A stretch of DNA of 64,000 nt from Monocercomonoides exilis PA203 (lineage: Eukaryota; Protista; Preaxostyla): contig LSRY02000039.1 of NCBI GenBank assembly GCA_001643675.2, forward strand, positions 682,001 through 746,000. The letters are read 5' to 3'. The notes beneath the pieces were generated by a model that worked only from the letters and a program-made list of their open reading frames with translations, did no database searches and was not told where the DNA came from. Both the position numbers and the translations under genes were made by a program. This document shows positions 25,141 through 38,364 of the stretch, piece after piece. Numbering within the stretch: position 1 is the stretch's first letter; the number at the start of each line of letters is the position of its first letter.

Positions 25141-28100
25141 GGCATATGTGTAAATTGTACCACTTTCAGTTTGCATTTTTTCAAAATTTGAATATTATAG
25201 CGTTAATCTACTCAATTTAACTAAGCGATTCAAGGAGGGAAATTTCGAAATTCGATTAAAAATTTTCTCTCTGAAATTCAAAAATTTCGACACCCATAAT
25301 ATTTTTATTTTGATCATATTTTATTGAAATTTCTTTTTCTTGCTTTACATAGTTCGAATGAATTAATCAATTCAATCGAACAAGATAAAATATAGTTTTT
25401 ATTGTTTGTCTCGATGAATATTTACCTATATTACTTTTTTCGTTGCTTATTTTAATTGATTTGATTATTTAATTATTCGTAAGTATTCGCGCAATTAAGG
25501 TTTTCACATTCAAGATATAATATATATCAACTTATATGAAAGGAATTAACATGATTGGCTAGAAAAATATTTATAATAATAAGATTTTTATATGTATTTC
25601 ATAATTATTGATTTATATTCTATTTTTGGTAATGTATTCGTTGGAACTGGGTGAATTTCTGTTTATGAAAGGATGAAGGAAAAGCTGGATTGGGGCAGAT
25701 GTATTTGTTGAGTGAGGTAAAGGAGCAGTTGGCATTTGGAAAGGAGAGGAAAGAAGAGGGAGATGGAGAACATTGGGATGGTATGGAGCTTGTTGCAACA
25801 AGAGAGGGAAGATAAAGGAAGGAGAGCATTTGAATGATATTATGCAATGATTGGGATGTCGCGGGATGTCTTCGAAAATTCACAAAAAATACTTTATTTT
25901 TTGTGGATAACCTTCAAATGCTGTATTTTATTTTTTTAATAATCCACATTGTTATTTTCTTTTACATTCCATCTTCTTTTTCGTTCATTGCTGTTTGCGG
26001 TTTGTTATTGTTTAAACAATTTTTCATCACTGTTTTTAACAAAGCATTCACAACAAGCTCAATAATAACAATGCACACATGTTTTATTTTTTCTTTGGAA
26101 AGCTGCTGACGTAAGCCGATACAATTATTAAAGATGAAAGTGCGAATTAGTGAAAACTTGCACAAATAAAAAACAATCAATTCAATTATTCTAAATTTTT
26201 AAAGAATTTATAAAAAAAAGATAAAAAAATAGCAATGAATAAATTGGAATTTCAAATAATTTGGAAAAAAAATTGCAAAACTGGTTCTAAAAATTGTTTC
26301 TGCCTGGATCAGGAATTATGTACCACTCTATCTACGGTGTGTGATTAGATATTTGGGTGCAGAGCTCAAATCTATTTTTTTTTTCTTTAATAGCTATTAT
26401 TAGAAACTGTGGTGGAGTGGGTACAAATAGCATATCCAAGATTGGATCCACTCCTTAAGACCTGAAATCAACCGTTATTTTAGCCAATATAATTATTTTG
26501 ACTCCAATAGACATCACAAACACATTCTGTGATGAATTTCTTGCAGCATAGTTAAAGATTTAAAAAGCGAACTTGTTCCAATCATACTCAATTCCTTCCC
26601 TCTTCCTGTTATTATCATCTATTTTTCACCAATATTGATCTTCGTCCCTTCGCTCACTTGCCTCTCCCTCAGCAACGTTATTGTTGAGCTCAGCTGCGCC
26701 AGACTCACTCCCACTGCATGCCCTACTGTCTTGCAAGGTGCTGACTCGCTCATCCCACAAAGATTGTTTGCGTCATCCCCACTCACCCCAACATACCGAT
26801 CTTTCATCCCTTTCTTCAGCCAGACCCTTTTTTCTGTGTTCTGATAATTCCAACTACCAGAATAATATCCGTGGCATACTCTCGTATCATTGCTGTTCGT
26901 TGTATATGATTCATAGAATGGGTTATTCGAGGAAAAGAGATTGTTATTGTATTGAAAACAAACATCGTGGCCAAATGGAGTGGAAGCGTTGCAACTGCAA
27001 TCGTGGAAGAAGAAGAAATAGCAATAAATATTGTAACTTGGGGCTGTTGATTGATATGGATCAAATCTCATTCCTCCACCATATGACACTGCTGAGCACG
27101 AAATAAACTGGAGGCTCCTCATTTTGAATGCTGCTGGAACATTGTAACAATACATCCCTCCGCCATAAGAATTTGTAAGAGAACACGAAGTGAATGAGCA
27201 CTCAAACACACAAGCGCTCTCCCCTTTACCACTTTCTGTTCCAATGCAGTTAGATCCGGAAGTATTAAAAGTGTGAAGATAAAGTCCTCCTCCTTAGCCA
27301 TAAGAAGAACATTTTTGAAATTCACATCCGCTGATCCGAACACATGATGAAATCACATAAATACACATCCCTCCGCCACATTGATTTTGCGCGGTGCATG
27401 AGTTGAACGAATTGTTTTCAATTTCAACAGATTTGATTTTTGCACACATAACTCCCCCTCCATCGTAATGGGCATAACAATCATTAAATGAGCAGTGCTT
27501 AATAGAAACTGATGCGTTTGATTGACTGTGCATGCAGATAGCCCCGCCATTTGAAGCAATGTCTTCCCATTTATTTTCTGTTGCTGTTGTCCTCGATCCG
27601 TTCCACTCGCACCAAATGAATGAATTAGCTCCATTGGTTGTTGTGTTTTGTCTCACTGGCTTTAATGGTACCTCTGCAGTTCCTTTACATTCAACATTTC
27701 TTGTCCGACAACATTTAATAAATGAGGTGTTTGAGGCAGTCAGAAAGGCAAAGGGGTTGTTGAGGGAAGGGACAATTCCGCCATCATACACATCACATAC
27801 TGATGAAAATGAGCAACTATTCATAAAACTTGATGTTTGGGTCGACGTTGTTGTTGGAGATGGGCAATCTGAAGATGCTGTTGAGATATTGAAAAATGAT
27901 AATTTGGAGAGTGAAACAAAGGAAATGGAGGGCGATAAGAAGAATGGGGAAGAAGATGAGATACGCGATTCTCTCACTGAAATTCTTCATTTTTTGCCTC
28001 CTTCTCTTCCCCATGCCTCTTAGTGCTATATCGTATAATATCCCAATGTAGCTGTATCCATTTTCCTGCTTCTTCTTCTGCTGCTTCCGAAAAGATTTTT

Positions 28101-29139
28101 GTTAGAAAAATTCCACAAAAATTTCTTTCCCCATTCACTCCATTTTTTTCTGTTCCCTCATTCTGCCAAACACTCTTCGGCTGCTGATTTCTCATAATTT
28201 TTCCCAGGAATGCTCATAAAAAAGGCAGTGCTTCCACATCCCATGTTTCATGCTCCCCCAGCGCTTCTCATAACACCTGATCGCATCACACATCAATCAA
28301 ATAAAAAAAATACAAATACAAATAAAAATAAAAAATGATATATGAAGAATATGAACAAACAAGAATAAAATACCTCCACAAATCTTCATTTCCCTTCACT
28401 CCCCTCATCCCCTGTTTGCTTCTCTCCAATTAACTCTCACCCCAACATCATCCACTTCAAATACCACACACACCACGCCTTCGCCTTTCAAATCCAATTC
28501 CAAATAAAAAAATAATATGTTGTTTTCACTCGCTCTTCAATTGCCCATTCAACCTCACTCTCACCATTCTTCTCTTCCCTTCTTCCTCCATCCAGTCATC
28601 AATCCAAATAAATGCAGTTGACACACGATCTTCATTTTGTTTCAAACCTTTCAAATGTAGTTCAAATAAAATAAGAGATAAAACAGCATGAAAAAAAGTC
28701 AACAAGCAATTAAAATTTATTTGCATTCTTGCACACGTTTATTTCCATTATTGCTTCGAAGGTGTGACAGCGATATTATACATTATTTTATTAAAACGGT
28801 AGCATCCTGAATTTATTGAATTTTTATAAATAAGCAACGAAAAAAGTAATATAGGTAAATATTCATCGAGACAAACAATAAAAACTATATTTTATCTTGT
28901 TCGATTGAATTGATTAATTCATTCGAACTATGTAAAGCAAGAAAAAGAAATTTCAATAAAATATGATCAAAATAAAAATATTATGGGTGTCGAAATTTTT
29001 GAATTTCAGAGAGAAAATTTTTAATCGAATTTCGAAATTTCCCTCCTTGAATCGCTTAGTTAAATTGAGTAGATTAACGCTATAATATTCAAATTTTGAA
29101 AAAATGCAAACTGAAAGTGGTACAATTTACACCTATGCC
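25141..29139. mobile_element. 4.0-kb non-autonomous DNA transposon with 312-bp TIRs and 8-bp TSD, carrying a surface-protein gene fragment
   Basis: 25141-25452 is the near-perfect reverse complement of 28828-29139 (GGCATA(T/G)GTGTAAATTGTACC..., one mismatch seen); TSD AGACCTTG at 25133-25140 and 29140-29147. Confidence 0.95.
26560..27980 (-). pseudogene. Cys-rich beta-helix-like surface protein family fragment
   Basis: ORFs 27294-27977 and 26619-27209 are in one frame with a single TAA between them; motifs SVCDVYDGGIVPSLNN, FIWCEWNGS, SNGGAICM, YGGGMYC, YCYFFFFHDC, LCGMSESAPCKTVGHAV. Confidence 0.8.
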
Positions 29140-29147
29140 AGACCTTG

Positions 29148-29960
29148 GGTGAAGTTTGCAATTCCAGACGCGATGTTGACAACCGATGCTGCACCCCGGG
29201 CCTGCGGTGAAACCCTTTGAATAGGCAGCTCTCTGTACCACTTCCATCAAGCTTTCAATCGAGTATTCTTCAACGAGTCATCCAATTTCAAGGAGATGTT
29301 GGTTGTCCTTTTGGCTCTCAAACATTTTCGCTATCTCATAGGCAAACACAACGCCCGAAGGATCCTTCTGAGATCTGACAACATTGCTGTTGCATACGAC
29401 ATCAATCGTTGGACAGCGGGAAAGAATCTCCTGTCTCTTCTGATGAAGATCAGACAAACGACAACTGAACGGAACATTCAACTGAAAGCAATTTATCTCC
29501 CAGGAGCAAAGAACACGACAGCGGATGCCTTTTCAAGAATTCAACGTACAGGAGATTACGAGATCATAGACGAAGCATTAAGAGAGCTAGAAAAACGACT
29601 GAGTCTCACAATCGAACAGTACGCTTTCACCAACGGATGAAACTACAAGGCTGCAATCTGGTTTGGGTTAGGAAGCACGATGTTGGAAGACGTGCTTCAA
29701 GCGGATTGGATCACAGCGATCATTCTGGTTCACTCTCCCGTTCCTCTGATTCTTCTATTCTTCAAGAAGATTTAGGAAGAACAAGCGAGAGCAGTGATTC
29801 TGCCTCCAGCATGGAGGAACCAGATTTGGATCTAGCTGCTAGTGGAGATGTCAACACTTTGCGTAAAACAAAACAATTCTAACAAGGTTTTGAAAGCGGG
29901 ACCGGGCCTAAAGAAGACAGGAGCCTCACTTCTCCCGGGTGATCGCTTGGCTGTAAGACT
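29148..29960 (+). pseudogene. DIRS RNase H followed by methyltransferase-like domain
   Basis: LTTDAAPRACG, SSNFKEMLVV, LRSDNIAVAYDINR, YLPGAKNTTADAFSR (RNase H); then DVLQADW..LVHSPVPLILLFFKKI*EEQARAVILPPAWRNQIW (DIRS MT-like); same frame as RT once the insertion is removed. Confidence 0.88.
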
Positions 29961-29984
29961 CAACCGGTTGCGCAGAAAGGAAAG

Positions 29985-31161
29985 CAATGGTGGAACAGCG
30001 GACTTCGGAGATGCAATGTTCCCGAAGCAATTATCAATGAAGCTAAAAATAGTGAATCGACTTCAACTTGGACAGCCTACACATTTGGATTCGCTCATTT
30101 TGCCCAGGCCTGGACTGAGGAAAATTGTGGAGAATTTCCACAAGACTTCGTGGAGTGATGTCGAATGTGTGCCATGCTTTTTGTCAAACAAAAGGAAAAG
30201 GGATTTCCCTACACATGCTTGTGCGAAACGAGATTCGCAATTTCTCTATTCTCAATAATTATTTGTGGAGAAGACATTGAACAAGTCCCAATTATGAAGA
30301 CAATCTTCCTCTCCTTCCACCGTTCTCATGTTCCATTAAAACCAGACACAGATATGTGTTCGCCCACGTTGGTCTTCGATTTCTGCAATTCACGGCCTTA
30401 CAATATTGATCTATCCTTCTATGAACTTACAGTGAAGTGTAAAATGTTTTGCGTGTAATTCACAGCATGCCGCTTCCACGAACTTGAACAACTATCGATG
30501 AGCAAATTTATATTCTACAACGATGCCATCCACCTCCGCACTCACTTGAAAACATCAATTCCCCGAGTTATCGAATAATTCATTTCATAGGAGATGACGA
30601 TGAAAAAATCTTCCAGCAAGAACCGTCAACTGCCTTTGGGAAAGAGTTTAAAGAACACACGAATCGAGAGACACCTTTCTTCTGAACACGACGAATCACA
30701 CACCGCTGAAGACTTCAGGAATTAAAAAACTGGCAAAACTCGGAATGACACAAGTGGGGATTTCACAGGAGTTCAGACCTACACAATCAAGCATGCAGCC
30801 ATTCCCGCCTTAATCTTGAAGGGAGTACCGGAAGTGCTGATAGCGAGACATGCTCGCCTATCCCCGACAGCTCACACTCCACCGCGCTCCTACGTTTGAG
30901 CCCACTTTTCATCAGACATGGTCCACGTACTGGTCACTTTTCGACAGGAAGATCAAACCGCATGTGTTTCTTTCAACTGCCTATCCACTGCCCAAATGCC
31001 ATTTCTCCCAGCCTCCGCCTCGCTGGAAACAACAAACCTCTATTCAAGAACAACTATGTTCCCACGAACACCCATTACTGAACTTAACAACGAACTCAAC
31101 TCTCAAATTCCAAGCTCACAGACAGTGAAACCTGCAAGTGATCGCAGCAGAATTGAATATA
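29985..31161 (+). pseudogene. DIRS tyrosine recombinase (frameshifted)
   Basis: FTACRFHEL (box I Arg), LKTS, GISQEFRP/YTIKHAA (box II-like), ARHARLSPTAHTPPRSY (catalytic Tyr region); the C-terminal tail plausibly continues at 45622-45677. Confidence 0.8.
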
Positions 31162-31301
31162 CAGTGAAGTACGGTAATAATCACTTGTTCTGGGTGACGT
31201 GAAGAAAAAAATTCGTCACGTCCGTCACAAATTTTCCACTTCAAAAAAAAAAGTCGAGAAAGATACAATCAATTTTTATCACTTTATTTGAATGAAAGAT
31301 T

Positions 31302-34300
31302 TAGACCTGTGCGACAAGTGGCAAAATTTGCCACTTAGTGACAAAGGTGACCGACAGGACATTTTATTCTGATCAGCGCCATAAATAATTTTCATATCTC
31401 ATATTTTGGATTTCTTTTAAAGAAAACTTTAAACAGTGTATAACTTTTCATATAATTTCAACTTTATTGAAAAGAAAAAAAAAATCCATTTTTTCGAAAA
31501 GTCAATCAAAAAAATGATAAAATTCGAATAAAGAGAAAAATGGTTTGTGACATGATCAGTGAACAAAGGAATTAAAAAGCCACTGGAAGTCACTTCTGTC
31601 ACTGGATAATAATTTTGTCAATGAAATGAATGAGTTGGAAAATGGAACAGAACTTAAAAATAACATTCTTTGCTTTTGAAATATTACTGATTTTACTTTT
31701 TAGTGAGTTATTACCATAACTTTTCTTTTTATATTTATTGAACTTTCATTTTTCAGTGAAAGTAACAAATGCAAATTAAAAAAGGATCTGAAGTATGTAC
31801 ATTTAAAGACTGTTTTGTTTAATTACAGTTTGAAAATGTTCATATTGGTTGTTATCATGATTTCTTATTTTTTTGTTTGTTTTACTCATTTTTTTATTTA
31901 CAACAAGGAGTGTGTATTTATCACTTGGAAAAATAAAACAATTTTGTTCATGCGGAAAAATGCGTCGAAGAATTTAAGTGCTTATCACTATTTTTCACAA
32001 AATAATTGATATGCTTTGTTTTTTATAAAAATTGAAGTTACAAGACATTTAAATGCCTCAATGAGAAGTATTTGAATATTTGGTGATGAGAATAGAAAAT
32101 ACAGTTGCTCTGTCAGATGAATTAATCCTTTTTACTCAAAGACAACAAGCCGGACAAGTTTATCTTGCGAGCTGAACAGTAATTGCTGAATTTCTACATA
32201 AACATGTGGATCATCTTCTGAAATTGATAAAATAATAATCTTTCAATATTTATCAGGGGTATGATGACTGAATTTTTTATTATTGCTGGTAAGTTGATAT
32301 TTTAACAGAACTATCATTCGATCTCCAGAATTATTTTTTTCTGTTGAATGTTTCACGAGAGCTTCAACTTTTTCTTCTTATTCAAAAACATTTTCTAATG
32401 CAAGTCTTATTTCTTTTTTTCTCACCATCCTCATATTTTTTGAAAATACAGTTATTTTCAGATAATCGATAAAAATGCCTGAAAAGAGCAAAACAATTGT
32501 TATTAGAAGGTGTTTTGCATAAACATGGAAATATAAAATCCTTGGATAAATGGGAAATATCTGGAAACGATGAAAGAAAGCCTGAAGGATTTGGAATTTT
32601 CAATATCAAAATATTGTAGCCACAAATTTCTTCTAGAAGTTTTCTTAAGAAAGAAGGAGGAATATGCAAAATGATTTTCAATTTTTTATTTTATACAAGG
32701 TTTCACTTCATTTTTTGAAATTTGAAAAACCAGGATTTCAAAAAAGCTTAATTGCATTGTTTTTATTTTGATCAATGATTGAGAAAAGAGAAAGAAAAAT
32801 TCTTTGAAAAGAAAAATACAGTTTCACTGATTTCTCACGCATTTTTGAACTTATCTGAAAATCAAATCAAATATTATTATTGCAATATTTACAAAAAAAA
32901 GGAAGCATTTCATGAAAGACAGAGATGAAATCTTTGAATCCTTTTTCTTCCATCTATTCAAGCATCTTCATTTTCAAGTTTTCACTATTCGATTCTTCTA
33001 TTTCGCTTTTATTCAGTTCATCCTTATCTTCATCCTTATCTTCATCATCCTCTTCATCCCTCTCATCAAACTCCTCTTCATCATCCTCTTTTCATTTTCA
33101 TTTTCTTTAAACATTCATAAAAAAATTCATGGTCGCATATGCCATCTTATCAATCATCGTTGGCCACTGAATCGCTTCCGATACTGCATAAATTACTCCA
33201 TCTCTCAACAATTCTTCAATTTTAACAGCAATATTCTTTGTTATTGTATTCAATAAATAAATGCACCAGTTGCAAATCCTCCCATAATTCCACTTTATTG
33301 GTTGAAATACATGAACAATTACCTCGATAAGAAGGATTGATTATTTATTCCAGATTTTGCAATCGGAAAAGATGCAGTACGATTCATGAAGCCATCCCAA
33401 AAAAGAAACTCTTTTTTCGACTTTTCTCTTCTTTATTCTTCTTTATTCTACAAATCCACATTTCCTTTCAACTCTTCAAATTCTCGTCTTGCTTCTCTCG
33501 AAAAATGTCGCTCATTTTCGATTGCATCTTCAACGTTTTTTCACTGACAAATCTGTCTTTCAAAAATTTTCAATTTGATTGAGATTCAAGACGTATCAGA
33601 TTGTGATGTTCATGATAATATTGCATAATTTTTGTCAGTCACTTTTAATTTATTTCTTCTGGAACTTTATATTCAAAAATAAGAAACAAAAAAGTTTTCA
33701 AAAAGAAAACGAAAATGATCACACCTTGTTACGGATAGTATTTTTCAAAGCAATCAAAGTTATTTCAAGGTTTTTTTGTTCCTCTTTTCTTCACTCATAA
33801 ATCATTGTTGCTTTCAAAAGAAAAAACACATACGCTGAAAACAATCCTGATTGAGTCCTGTCTTTTTGCAAAAGGCAGCGCATCAAAACATTTTTTGAAG
33901 CATTTCGATCACTTTTTCTATCCAATTTTCATCTATTATTATCTTTTGAAAAATTATGGAAAAAGGTGAGTTGCTAAAGCATTGAATACATAAAATATAA
34001 GCATTTTGGAGCATCTAACGTATTTAAACAGCACTGTTATATTGTTCAATGATAACTTCTTTTCTTCAATCATTCTGTGGATTTCACTTGACTGTTTTCT
34101 TGTGAGAACCGATTCCAGTCCTTTTCAAAACATTTCCTTCATCACTTCTTTCAATTCTCCAATTTCAACTATTTGCTGTCTCTCATCGCAATTTTTCAGA
34201 ACATTCAATAACTCTTTGATAAAAGCAAAGAACAGAAATAAATACAGTCATCATGAATTCAAATGCAACAATGATAGCAAACCTCTAACTCTTTTGGATA

Positions 34301-34708
34301 AGATGAAATCAACATTTCCTTGAATGAATTTATACTAGAAAACCACACAATATTTCTATTTTAAATAGAACTTTCAAAAGCTCGGATGGAATGAATAATC
34401 TTGAAATTGTAATTCAAATTGTTCATGAAAATACTAGTGTTCGTTCTATTCATTTTTGCACTGAAATGATAAACGAAGAATTTCGAAAATTTTTTTGTTT
34501 CATTAATCCATGAACAAAAAAAATGGATTTCCAGATCAAATGTAAGACTCAATGAAAAAGAAAATAAAATTTAAAATTAATTTTTTAAAAAAAACACAAC
34601 GAATTTACTAATTTAATAAACAGAGGAAGTGTTGTCATTTTTTTTTTTTTTTTTTGTATGAGGTGACCGACAGCAATAAAAAATAGCATGTCGTGTCGCA
34701 CAGGTCAA
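31302..34708. mobile_element. 3.4-kb hAT-like non-autonomous element nested in 31185-37790
   Basis: TIR TAGACCTGTGCGACA / TTGACCTGTGCGACA (14/15); 8-bp TSD GAAAGATT at 31294-31301 and 34709-34716; subterminal GGTGACCGACAG at both ends. Confidence 0.85.
32100..34480 (-). pseudogene. Degenerate member of a helical lineage-specific multigene family (limits approximate)
   Basis: Minus-strand remnants KELLNVLKNCDERQQIVEIGELKEVMKEMF*KGLESVL..EIHRMIEEKKLSLNNITVLFKYV and SGLFSAYVFFLLKAT..EEQKNLEITLIALKN resemble the plus-strand copy at 35180-36300; many stops. Confidence 0.55.
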
Positions 34709-35179
34709 GAAAGATTATTCAAATTGCATTCATTTTGATATTTTTTTCTATTTTTATGTGAGATCACAAAATCCCATTTTCTCGTAATTGAAAATGAAAC
34801 AATTAATCTCTTTGAGATGACAAGTGTTTGCTCCAATTCATAAAGGCAGGGGCTGAATACTCATTGTTGAGAAAAATGTTTATCGTCCTTATTGATAGAC
34901 AATTTCTTTTCTTCACACATAAGCTCATTCAAAAAGAATGATAAAAATTATGCTCTTTTTTGGATTCAATTTTTCCAAATTGCGAGAAACGGGCAACACG
35001 AAAATTCTCTCAGGTTGTGAAAATGTTATTGAATTCCTCATCATAATGATTTATTCTAAAGAAAAAATTTTTCGAATTTGATTTTGCAGATGGAAGATTT
35101 TGATGAGGATGAACAAAAACAGAAAACCCTTGAAAGTTTTCCATTTAATGAATGAGGATAAATTTTTGTCAGTTTTCGA

Positions 35180-36300
35180 AAGTTGCTCAACAGAATGAAG
35201 AAAAAGATGAAAAAAAAGCAAATATTCACCAGAAAATTCAGTTTTCATATTGAAGCATGATGGATATTGCAAAATAATGAAGAGTTCACCGAATGGTTGC
35301 AATTATTATTAAAAGTTGAACGGAAGAGTTAAAAAGATGATTGCTGATGAAACTGAGAAGAAAGAAGAAAAAGGAAATGCAGGTGACTGATCTTTGCGAA
35401 TGTCATGTTTCTCTGAGTCAAAACTACTCGCCTGGATTGCTTTCGATTTGTGTGCATTGCCTTGTGAAAGCTTTGCCGAAGAGAGAAGACAACGAGGAGA
35501 CACAAACAGAAGTGAATATGGCTTTGCTGAGTTTGAGGCGTGTCAATGATATCCGGGTTTGAAACATTTTTTTGATTGTTATTTTTGTTATTTTTTTGAA
35601 AATAGAGAAAATATGGAATAGACGACAAAAAAAAAAAGGATCCTTGAAGGAGCTGATGGAAATCATTGAGAATCATCCAGAGCACAACAATCTGGCTGGG
35701 CTTGTGAGTTTCGATCAGCTTTGGAGTTTTTGATTTGCCATATTTATCTGCGATGGATCATTGGAAACAGTCACCGCGAATGAGCCTGATTTTTGGAAGG
35801 AAGCAGCAAAGGAATTGGAAATGAGAGAGAAAGAGAGAGAGAAGAAGAAGAAGAAGTAGAAGAAAGAAGATGAGAAAAAGAGATTCTATAGAAGAGATGG
35901 CTGCAAACATTGGAGTCTTTTTTGCGCTCATGCTCATTGTGGAGCAAAGAATATTCAAGTCCTATCAACAGAGTTGCTGGGGCAATTGGAGCAGCGAAGG
36001 ATAACAAGAGAGGAATGGGGAAGGAATGGATTTGTTTTATTCTATGGAGCAACGGATGGCAGATTGATAGAAATTGAAGGGTTAATTAAAGGCAGAGCCA
36101 TCGATGGCAGCTTGGAAGGAGTCGTTCGATCAGAAGTTGGATGCCCTCAGATTGAGGTTTGTTTATTGATTTTCGAAAGTCGTTGCGATATATTGAGGAA
36201 CAAGAAAGAATCAGACAACAGCGAAATTATATGAAAAGCGATGAAGAGACAAGTTTGGCTGAACAAAAAGAGGAAAAAGGATGAGAAGATGTCATGATGA
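35180..36300 (+). pseudogene. Degenerate member of the same helical multigene family
   Basis: KMIADETEKKEEK..VTDLCECHVSLSQNYSPGLLSICVHCLVKALPKREDNEETQTEVNMALLSL; LKELMEIIENHPEHNNLAGLVSFDQLWSFLI; frameshifts. Confidence 0.65.
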
Positions 36301-38124
36301 GTCTTCATGAAATATTTAATTATAACCTCAGGATTATTATTATTCTCGTGAATTATCGTTGAATATTTCTGATCAATATATGAATAATGGAGGAAATGAA
36401 ATGATATTTATTTCATGTCTCAAAATTTCAGTTTTTCTTTTTGTTGTATCATTGTACCAAACAGAAAATAATATGACTTGAAGACTTTTGTCATAGTTAT
36501 ATCAATTCTCATTTTTTTCAAAATAAAATAAAAGAAGAACAGAACGAGAAAACTTCTTTTGACTTTTCTTTTCCTTCTTATCAATTTCAGAAGTTTTCCT
36601 CTTACGATTTGCATCACATCATTCTGAAAAAAAATGCAATTATCCATTCATTAATTCGATTGCTCCAGCAGGCTCTTTTCAGCACTTTTCTTAAATTTTT
36701 TGCAGCTCAAACAACTTTATTTCATTCGCTTTCAACATGAAAACCTTGAACAATGCCAGAAGAGTGCATGGGTCAGAATATTAAAAATTTCCAAGGTTTA
36801 TAAAAGATATTGAAAAGCTTTAACAGCATTTAATAATCAAAATGCAAATTATTAAACAAGCAAAACAATCAAATTTCAAATTTTGACATTTCAAACTGCG
36901 TCTCTTTTATGTAACAAGTGAAAATCATCACAAAAGTTCAAAAAAAGAAAATTTGCTTTTAAATTACTTGATAATTCCAAATTTCACACATTTAATTATC
37001 TTATCAATGTTACACAAATCACAATTTGACAAAACATTCTTGTTTTTGTGTCAATCAATTTCAAAATCTTCTATAAGCGAAGGTGCTTTATTGTTGATTA
37101 TTTCCGTTAAAAATATCCATCAATGGCATTTGTAAATAAGTCGTATCTGTATAAATCCTTTAACGAGTTCAATTCACATAAACTTTATTCATTGAACTTA
37201 TATTGTTGATGCTGCATTTCATCATAAATAGTGGAATGAGTTTGTTATTCTCTCTTGACTTTATCATTTACAACCTTATTATTAAAGTCAAACAAAAAAA
37301 TCATGAAAGTTATAAACTTGGAAAACTTTGTTCACATTTATTCCATATTCAGTTTTTCACAATTAACTTAGTTGTGGAGGGGAGGAATGTGCTTTCTTTT
37401 GTTTCAATTTTGTATTTTTATGTTTCTTTCATCAAAATAGAAGAATAACTAAAATGCAATGAAATGTCATGGTTGTTTGATTCTGAAAAATTAAAAAAAT
37501 TCAAGAGATTTGGCTAACATGTTTTGCTATTCTTCAACTTCTTTTGTACTTTTCGAATAAAAAACATGAAGTGACGTCAGTGACGTCTGTGAAGTCAGTG
37601 TCTTGTCTAAATTCCTATTCTGCCTTTCACGTCAGTGAAAAGCACATATTGGGATATTTGAATTCGAAAATTTTATAATTGTGAAACTTACAAATATATA
37701 TATTGGTTTTTCTTGTGACGTGGAAATTTTTGTCACTTCCGTCAAAAATAGAAAATGTGACGTAAGAAGTCACCACTTCACCCAGGGCCAATAATCACAT
37801 TCGATTTTGAACAATTTTTTGTGATTATAACCGAACTTGATTACAACCGATTTTTTGATCAAAACGCACCCATTATATTTTTGTTGAGATATTTTAATGA
37901 TTCTATAATTATATAAGTTGCTTGAAAATCAAACAGAATGTGATTCAATTGTGTGTTAATATTTTTATGTTTTGTCCATGATTAATTTTTTGCATTATCT
38001 TTTGTCTATAACAGAAACAGAGAAAATACATTTCTTTCAATTATTTGGGTGAAACATTGAATTGTTGGAAGAAATATTAATGAAATCTGATCATTTGTAA
38101 AACTCCACAGACATGAATCCATAT

Positions 38125-38364
38125 GGGTAATTCTTTTTGAAAAGTCGCAAATGTTTAATTTTCAAACAAATCAAAAATCTCACTTCTTGATCAAATTTCG
38201 GTCCCCTCTCATGGAACTTCACCAAAGTGGAGGATATAATTTGACAATGCTATTTATCACATTCCTGTAAAGTTGCATAGACGGGATTTGAAATTTGATC
38301 AAGAATAGAGATTTTTGATTTGTTTGAAAATTAAACATTTGCGACTTTTCAAAAAGAATTACCC
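38125..38364. mobile_element. 240-bp MITE with 75-bp TIRs
   Basis: 38125-38199 vs 38290-38364 inverted (2 mismatches); GGGTAATTCTTTTTGAAAAGTC ends resemble those of 10540-19277; TSD ATAT. Confidence 0.9.

Larger units (their letters stand above)
31185..37790. mobile_element. 6.6-kb hAT-like non-autonomous element inserted at the inner edge of the pogo TIR
   Basis: Imperfect TIR TTGTTCTGGGTGACGTG / TGGCCCTGGGTGAAGTG; 8-bp TSD ATAATCAC at 31177-31184 and 37791-37798; clustered GTGACGT/ACGTCAC subterminal motifs at both ends. Confidence 0.7.

Noticed and set aside
23661-30460. Several in-frame TAA/TAG codons in DIRS ORFs at plausible Gln positions, suggesting a TAR=Gln genetic code as in some oxymonads
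   Set aside because: The same element also has TGA stops, frameshifts and a broken YxDD. The 4,671-codon ORF has many Gln but no in-frame TAA/TAG, and the hydrolase ends in TAA. Ordinary decay explains it.
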